Positions 58,724-64,000 of a stretch of DNA of 64,000 nucleotides are shown here, piece by piece. The notes below the pieces were generated by a model that was not told the DNA's origin, ran no database searches, and saw nothing but the letters and a program-made list of their open reading frames with translations. A program made the position numbers and the translations under genes. How positions within the stretch are numbered: the stretch's first letter is position 1; every line of letters starts with the position of its first letter. This DNA comes from an uncultured Candidatus Saccharibacteria bacterium (GTDB lineage: Bacteria; Patescibacteriota; Minisyncoccia; Phycocordibacterales; CAIRYW01), in NCBI GenBank assembly GCA_964406475.1, contig CAYORS010000002.1, forward strand, positions 1,598 to 65,597. The letters run 5' to 3'.

Positions 58724-59656
58724 TTACTCACTTGATTCTAATGCGTTTTTGCCTGATGTGATTTCGATAAGTTCTTTTGTAATCTGTGCCTGACGTTCTT
58801 TGTTGTATTTTATTGTGAGTTTACCTATCATCTCTTTGGCGTTCTCTGATGCGTTCTTCATGGCGACCATACGGGCAGAATGTTCCGAGGCGTTCGCTTC
58901 GAGAATACTATGGAAGATTTCGAGTTCCACAAGTTTTGGAACAAGCTTTGTGACCATCTCCTCAGGAGACGGTTCAAACTTGTATTCCGAAACTTTCGGC
59001 ATCGAATCATTCTTTACATCAGAGAATTTACCTGTCTTTGGGATAATGTTTTCTGCCACTTGTCTCAAAGTACTCTCACTGAGTGGGAGGAGTGGACGAT
59101 GGATTACTTCGAGTTTGAGAGCAGAGATGAAGTTTGTGAATACGATATCAATCTTTTTATACTTATTCTCCTTGTAGAGATCCATAACAAAAGACGATAT
59201 CTTTTCTGCTTCACTCAGTGTTGCGAGGTCTCCCGCACCTTCAAAATCTTTAATAATAGTAAGTCCCTTTCGTGAGAAAAAATCACGCCCCTTTTTACCT
59301 ACTGCAACAATGTCGGTAGGGAGTGTAGAAGACTTAATAATCTCCTCTGATCTACGGATGACGTTTGAGTTGAATGCCCCAGCAAGTCCCTTGTCAGAAC
59401 TTATAACAACGAGACAGTTGCGAGATGATTCGTCGTTTGATGTAAAGAAAGGTGAGAGAGACTTGATATCGGTCTTTGTGTGTGCCTCTATCTTTGCGAG
59501 TATGTCGAGAGCATAGAGTGCATAAAATCGACCCTTGAGTGCTGCGGCTTCGCTCTTGCGCATTTTGACAGCAGAAACAGACTGCATCGCCTTTGTGATT
59601 TGCTGAATGTTTTTGGTTGACTTGATTCTGCTTTTTATTGCTCTAGAGCCTGCCAT
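58724..59656 (-). CDS. atpG: ATP synthase F1 gamma subunit
   Basis: N- and C-terminal coiled-coil helices. Operon position. Confidence 0.85.
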   Translation of the reverse strand: MAGSRAIKSRIKSTKNIQQITKAMQSVSAVKMRKSEAAALKGRFYALYALDILAKIEAHTKTDIKSLSPFFTSNDESSRNCLVVISSDKGLAGAFNSNVIRRSEEIIKSSTLPTDIVAVGKKGRDFFSRKGLTIIKDFEGAGDLATLSEAEKISSFVMDLYKENKYKKIDIVFTNFISALKLEVIHRPLLPLSESTLRQVAENIIPKTGKFSDVKNDSMPKVSEYKFEPSPEEMVTKLVPKLVELEIFHSILEANASEHSARMVAMKNASENAKEMIGKLTIKYNKERQAQITKELIEITSGKNALESSE

Positions 59657-59696
59657 TTGAATAAGATTAAGTAGTAAGAATTATAGATAGTCTGAA

Positions 59697-61229
59697 TTAC
59701 TTGTTAAAATAATTTTCTGTAAAATCTTTCAACACTTCTTTAAGTGTAGCTTCTGTTGTTTCTGAGAATTGCGCTTCGTCTCGAACTGTCTGGATGAGTT
59801 TTGCGTGTCGCTCCTTGAGGAACGCTACGAGCTTTGTCTCATATTCTTTTACCTTTGAAACCTCGAGTGTGTCAATAAATCCTTTTGTTGCAGCGTATAT
59901 TACGATAGCTTGTTCTTCGAACGGTTGGCTTGCGTATTGTGGTTGCTTCAAGAGTTCGGTAAGGATACGTCCTCGTGTAAGCTGTCGTCGTGTTCCTGCA
60001 TCAAGATCAGATCCGAACTGTGCGAATGCTTCAAGTGATCGGAATTGTGCAAGGTCGAGCTTCATACCACCAGCAACTTTCTTGACTGCTTTTGTCTGAG
60101 CTGCAGAACCCACACGAGATACAGAGAGTCCCACGTTAATCGCTGGTCGAATACCTTTGAAGAAGAGTTCTGTTTCGAGGAAGACCTGACCGTCTGTAAT
60201 TGAGATTACGTTAGTAGGGATGTAAGCAGAAATATCTCCGAGTTGTGTCTCGATGATTGGGAGAGCGGTGATAGAACCACCACCGAACTCTTTGTTGAGG
60301 CGACCTGCTCGCTCGAGAAGTCGTGAGTGGAGATAGAACACGTCTCCAGGATACGCTTCACGACCTGGTGGACGCTTGAGGAGAAGAGAGATTTGTCTGT
60401 ATGCCCATGCGTGCTTTGAGAGATCATCGTACACAACGAGAACGTCCTTGCCTAAGTCTCTAAAGTACTCTGCGATTGTACATCCTGTAAATGGTGCGAG
60501 ATATTGGAGAGCGGCAGGATCGGATGCTGCAGCAGAGACAACAACAGTGTAATCCATTGCGCCTGCGTTTTTGAGTCTTTCTACTATTTGAGCAACTTTT
60601 GATTCTTTTTGTCCGATGGCAACATACACACAGATAGTAGGATTCTTTTCATGTTTTTGATGGATGATTGCATCGATTACGATAGCTGTCTTTCCTGTTT
60701 GTCGGTCGCCGATAATAAGTTGTCTTTGTCCACGTCCGATTGGGATCATGGCATCAATCGCTTTGATACCTGTATGCATTGGTGTAGAAACACTCTCTCG
60801 TGTAATAACTCCAGGAGCAATCTTCTCAAGTGGATATTCCTTTGCAGTAGATGGATTGATTGGTGCGAGACCGTCTTTTACTTCTCCGAGTCCACCAACC
60901 ACACGTCCAATGATGTCATTACCGACAGCAACAGAAAGAATCTTGCCTGTGTTACGAACAGTTGTTCCTTCTTTGATGTGCGCCCCGTCACCAAGAAGAA
61001 TTGCACCAACAAAATCTTCCTCAAGGTTGAGTGCTACCCCTAGCACTTTATTACCTTTTGAATCAGTAAACTCCACCATCTCATTGTATCTGACTTCAGA
61101 GAGACCTTTGATGGTGACTACTCCGTCAGATATTTTGACGACTTCTCCTACATGAGATACTTTCGCATCAGTCTTCAAGTGCGCGATTTCGTTTTTGATT
61201 GTTTCGATTATTGATTCTTTGTTGTGCAT
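59697..61229 (-). CDS. atpA: ATP synthase F1 alpha subunit
   Basis: P-loop GDRQTGKT. Confidence 0.95.
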   Translation of the reverse strand: MHNKESIIETIKNEIAHLKTDAKVSHVGEVVKISDGVVTIKGLSEVRYNEMVEFTDSKGNKVLGVALNLEEDFVGAILLGDGAHIKEGTTVRNTGKILSVAVGNDIIGRVVGGLGEVKDGLAPINPSTAKEYPLEKIAPGVITRESVSTPMHTGIKAIDAMIPIGRGQRQLIIGDRQTGKTAIVIDAIIHQKHEKNPTICVYVAIGQKESKVAQIVERLKNAGAMDYTVVVSAAASDPAALQYLAPFTGCTIAEYFRDLGKDVLVVYDDLSKHAWAYRQISLLLKRPPGREAYPGDVFYLHSRLLERAGRLNKEFGGGSITALPIIETQLGDISAYIPTNVISITDGQVFLETELFFKGIRPAINVGLSVSRVGSAAQTKAVKKVAGGMKLDLAQFRSLEAFAQFGSDLDAGTRRQLTRGRILTELLKQPQYASQPFEEQAIVIYAATKGFIDTLEVSKVKEYETKLVAFLKERHAKLIQTVRDEAQFSETTEATLKEVLKDFTENYFNK

Positions 61230-61254
61230 GATAATGGGGTTATTAATATTAAAA

Positions 61255-61620
61255 TTATTTTTTTAGGGCGTTTATCTTTGATGCAATACTGTTGTCTACT
61301 ATATAATCTCCGATCTTGATGACTGTTCCACCAATGATAGCTGGATTTGTTTTGATACTTTTAAGGACTTTCTTGCCTGCAATATGAGATGGTATTGCTA
61401 CGTCGCTCCCATCTGCTGTCTCGACGATGACGTCAATGCTCTCGTTACGTTTATTCCATACCTTGTTCCAATGAACGATGATTTCGTTTATCTTTGAGAT
61501 TTTGCCATGAGAGGCTAGGAGAGATACAAAATCCTTGATGACTGCCTTGTGATCGCCTGAGCTTTGCTTTTGCAAAGCCTCGTCAAGTATGTATGCGTAT
61601 TGCTTGGTAGTAATTTTCAT
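61255..61620 (-). CDS. atpH: ATP synthase delta (OSCP) subunit, short form (121 aa)
   Basis: C-terminal GGTVIKIGDYIVDNSIASKINAL matches the delta C-terminal motif. The N-terminal alpha-binding domain is largely missing. Confidence 0.65.
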   Translation of the reverse strand: MKITTKQYAYILDEALQKQSSGDHKAVIKDFVSLLASHGKISKINEIIVHWNKVWNKRNESIDVIVETADGSDVAIPSHIAGKKVLKSIKTNPAIIGGTVIKIGDYIVDNSIASKINALKK

Positions 61621-61634
61621 CCCGGTAGAAAAGA

Positions 61635-62159
61635 TTAGTGTTTAGATACGAATGATTCGATTTTTTGAGCTTCTGCACTCGCTTCGTCAACAAGCATTTG
61701 CTTGGCATTATTGTCGAGGTATTTTGCAACTGTAGCTTCGATTGCACCCGCAACAACGAGTTTAATCTCTTTGCGGATCTGTGCATCACGTGCTTCTGCC
61801 TCGCCACGGAGCTTGTTTTCTGCTTCTTTGACTATCTTTTCTGCATGAGCTTCTGCCTCTTTGGAAAGCTTCTCTTTGAGCTCTTTTGCTGAATGTTCTG
61901 TATCACGAATGAGCTTGTCGCTCGCTTTTCGTGCTTCAGAAATCACTTTTTCCTCCAACGCTTTTATCTCTGCCATTTTGTCATCGATTGAAGAAGACTT
62001 TGCCTCTGCGTCTTTGACCATCTTTTCTCTCTTGTCGAGAACTTCGAGAAGTGGCTTGTAGATAAGCTTAAACAGAACAAAAGCCAAAACTCCAAAGTTG
62101 ATCATTTGGGCGATTAAGAGTTTCCATTCTATTCCAAGCGAGTGGAGGATTGATTCCAT
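61635..62159 (-). CDS. atpF: ATP synthase Fo subunit b
   Basis: Single N-terminal TM followed by a long charged helix. Confidence 0.7.
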   Translation of the reverse strand: MESILHSLGIEWKLLIAQMINFGVLAFVLFKLIYKPLLEVLDKREKMVKDAEAKSSSIDDKMAEIKALEEKVISEARKASDKLIRDTEHSAKELKEKLSKEAEAHAEKIVKEAENKLRGEAEARDAQIRKEIKLVVAGAIEATVAKYLDNNAKQMLVDEASAEAQKIESFVSKH

Positions 62160-62278
62160 AATAATATATTGTTAGGTGGTTAATAACTGTATCAAGAACA
62201 AAATCCACGAGAGTATTGAATAGAGATAACTCTCTATTCAATACATATATGTAGATCAAGAAAGATAAAGTGGATTAA

Positions 62279-62509
62279 CTATACGAACATGATGATAAGA
62301 GCAACAACGAGGGCGTACACCGCGATAGCCTCAGTAAAGGCGATAGCGAGGATCATCGCTGATTGTACTTTACCAGCTGATTCTGGGTTTCGTCCGATAG
62401 ACTCCATTGCTTTACCTGCGAGGTTACCGATTGCTAATGCTGGTCCTAGTGCTCCAATACCGATTGCAAGCGCAGCTGCGAAAGGTTTAAGGTTTGATAC
62501 TTCTTCCAT
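62279..62509 (-). CDS. atpE: ATP synthase Fo subunit c
   Basis: Helical hairpin with the ion-binding carboxylate (…[17 protein letters not shown]). Start taken at the internal Met (MEEVSNLKP). Confidence 0.85.
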   Translation of the reverse strand: MEEVSNLKPFAAALAIGIGALGPALAIGNLAGKAMESIGRNPESAGKVQSAMILAIAFTEAIAVYALVVALIIMFV

Positions 62510-62644
62510 AAATTTATTTGAAAAACTTATTACTAATAAATAACAGACCAAAAGGTCTAATATGTGAGTATAATAGCAAAAAAACTATAAAAACAAAAGA
62601 GGGGATGGGGGTTGCGTATTTGTAAAACAATTGTATAAAATAAA

Positions 62645-62675
62645 TTGACACAATTATGGATTGTATGTAGTATAC
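62645..62675 (+). promoter_or_regulatory. Sigma-70-like promoter TTGACA-17-TAGTAT(ACT) driving the antisense insert genes
   Basis: Read directly. The track ORF 'start' TTG at 62645 is the -35 box itself. Confidence 0.4.
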
Positions 62676-62707
62676 TTTTGAACTGTTATTTGAATCTACC
62701 TACCATT

Positions 62708-63097
62708 ATGAAATTAGAACGAACTATCTTTGACCAGGCGCGCATTAGTGAGTTGCATCTACGTGATCATGTCTGGCATCGTCTCGAAGGCGCTCTGGAA
62801 CGCTTTTTGAACTTGTGTTGTGATGACGTGGCTGCCACTTTGGTTCGAAGGATAATCTTTGTAAACGACGGACAGGAGAAAGAGTCAATCGCACAGAGTC
62901 TCGGAGAACTCTTGCCTCCAAGCGACAAGAGGAGGATAAAAGGCCATATTTCAATGTGGCGCAAAACCTTTGGAAGTGATTTTCATCTTCTCTATCCATT
63001 TTCCTTTAAGGGGGTTTTGGAAGATGAAGACCTGGTCTATCTTGATCAATACCTTGTCTCGCTCTTCTGGGACGCGGTCAAATACGTCAAGGTGTGA
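62708..63097 (+). CDS. Hypothetical protein (129 aa) in a higher-GC insert
   Basis: ATG at 62708. Local GC is about 47%, against ~40% in the flanking atp genes. No motifs recognised. Confidence 0.45.
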   Translation: MKLERTIFDQARISELHLRDHVWHRLEGALERFLNLCCDDVAATLVRRIIFVNDGQEKESIAQSLGELLPPSDKRRIKGHISMWRKTFGSDFHLLYPFSFKGVLEDEDLVYLDQYLVSLFWDAVKYVKV

Positions 63098-63113
63098 TGG
63101 GTCTCTGTTGTTT

Positions 63114-63143
63114 GGCACGGTCTTTTAGAGACTGTGCCTTTTT
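63114..63143 (+). terminator. Intrinsic terminator after the first insert gene
   Basis: GGCACGGTCT-TTTAG-AGACTGTGCC followed by TTTTT. Confidence 0.45.
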
Positions 63144-63228
63144 AATATATTGACGCCACTACATCTTGTGGTAAAGTCATGATTAGTAAATCTAGACGAT
63201 GAACGTCTGGTGAACCTTGTTTTAGCTT

Positions 63229-63633
63229 ATGTCAAAATTTGATCCTTTTAAAGTAACGGCTCTGAGTTGCTCGATATCTTTTGGGTTTACGGTCGAAAAT
63301 ACCGACACACCCGATGAGGTGATTGATGGGGTCGCCTATCGATTCGTTAAGGTCAATGTCCTTCATCGGGACAGACTTTCTGTGTCAGCTCAATCTGTGA
63401 GAGATGCTTTGCGAGATACTCCAAGTGTTGTCCTTGTTGGCTACGTGACTGCTCCCACTAAGGTTCGGAGCTATGTCAGAGAATGTGCTCATAATGTTTC
63501 CATCCCTCGCATTCTTTTTGGTGATAACCACACCGGGTATCACTTTTTCTTCCCTGGAGGGAAGATGACATGCATTACACCGCGCTCTTTGATTCCTGAG
63601 AGTTTCATTACACTCATTGCAATTCCTGCTTAG
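63229..63633 (+). CDS. Hypothetical protein (134 aa) in the higher-GC insert
   Basis: Long ORF on the strand opposite the atp operon. No motifs recognised. Confidence 0.45.
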   Translation: MSKFDPFKVTALSCSISFGFTVENTDTPDEVIDGVAYRFVKVNVLHRDRLSVSAQSVRDALRDTPSVVLVGYVTAPTKVRSYVRECAHNVSIPRILFGDNHTGYHFFFPGGKMTCITPRSLIPESFITLIAIPA

Positions 63634-63643
63634 TTTTGAACAC

Positions 63644-63670
63644 AACACAACCCCTCGGGTTGTGTTTTTT
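63644..63670. terminator. Intrinsic terminator AACACAACCC-CTC-GGGTTGTGTT followed by T6, abutting the atpB stop
   Basis: Read directly. Confidence 0.6.
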
Positions 63671-64000
63671 AATGCGCCTCGTGGTGCGAGTCGTCGTGGT
63701 CTCCATGCATTTCAACTGAGCTTGAGAAGAACATCATCGCAAGTACTGAAAATACGAGAGCCTGTATGAATCCTACGAAAAGTTCGAGACCAAGGAATGG
63801 GATAGGGATAATGTATGGTGCAAGGAAAGAAATAATGAGCATAAGTACTGAACCAGCAAAGATGTTTCCAAACAGTCGGAATGTGAGAGAGATGATACGT
63901 GATACCTCGCCGATAAGCTCAAGTATACCAACAAAAAATCCTATTGGGTTTTTGAGCGGATTGACGATGAACTTGCCTACATGTCCTTTGCCGAGAGTAC
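63669..64000 (-). CDS. atpB: ATP synthase Fo subunit a (C-terminal part; the gene continues beyond the window end)
   Basis: Minus-strand translation gives …ISLTFRLFGNIFAGSVLMLIISFLAPY…HGDHDDSHHEAH*, with the essential Arg in RLFGNIFAG. Stop at 63669-63671. Confidence 0.85.
   Translation of the reverse strand, partial: TLGKGHVGKFIVNPLKNPIGFFVGILELIGEVSRIISLTFRLFGNIFAGSVLMLIISFLAPYIIPIPFLGLELFVGFIQALVFSVLAMMFFSSSVEMHGDHDDSHHEAH

Noticed and set aside
62645-62707. Track ORF start at 62645 (TTG) for the first atp-insert gene
   Set aside because: The TTG is part of a TTGACA -35 hexamer with a matching -10 box 17 nt downstream. The in-frame ATG at 62708 after this promoter is the more plausible start.

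Overview
This is a gene-dense, low-GC (~40%) bacterial chromosomal segment that uses the standard genetic code. It carries about 60 protein genes, one tRNA, one small HuH-transposase element and several intergenic RNA and regulatory candidates. The gene content points to a reduced-genome bacterium, possibly CPR/Patescibacteria-like: an archaeal-type UMP kinase, short ATP-synthase delta and epsilon subunits, and minimal aminoacyl-tRNA synthetases. In order, the window holds rpoC (3' part), dnaG and rpoD, then a UvrD-type helicase-nuclease. Next come hisS (catalytic core only), truB and proS, then the mreBCD-mrdA cell-shape cluster. Two low-complexity lipoproteins, greA and a lysS carrying a C-terminal extra domain follow. 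A REP-flanked IS200/RAYT-type Y1 transposase is followed by the start of the dcw cluster (mraZ-rsmH-ftsL-ftsI-murF). That cluster has an MraZ-box operator and lacks murE and mraY. After a 720-bp noncoding island with promoter and terminator signals come uvrB, uvrA and uvrC, then rmuC, a VanW-like protein, membrane proteins and gdhA. A tRNA-Lys(CUU) heads a FemX-like gene, a displaced Mur ligase and an FAD oxidoreductase. A frameshifted phosphomannomutase and a class I RNR pair follow; the NrdB carries an N-terminal ATP-cone and the NrdA has none. tsaC is also frameshifted, and is followed by pyrH. On the minus strand lies the F1Fo ATP synthase operon (atpC-D-G-A-H-F-E). A higher-GC two-gene antisense insert separates it from atpB. 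The hunt items I rate highest are the tRNA-Lys/FemX/Mur ligase/oxidoreductase module, the LysRS with a C-terminal extra domain, the anticodon-domain-less HisRS, the RAYT element, the ATP-cone NrdB, the atp-operon insert and a 257-bp element bounded by terminal inverted repeats.
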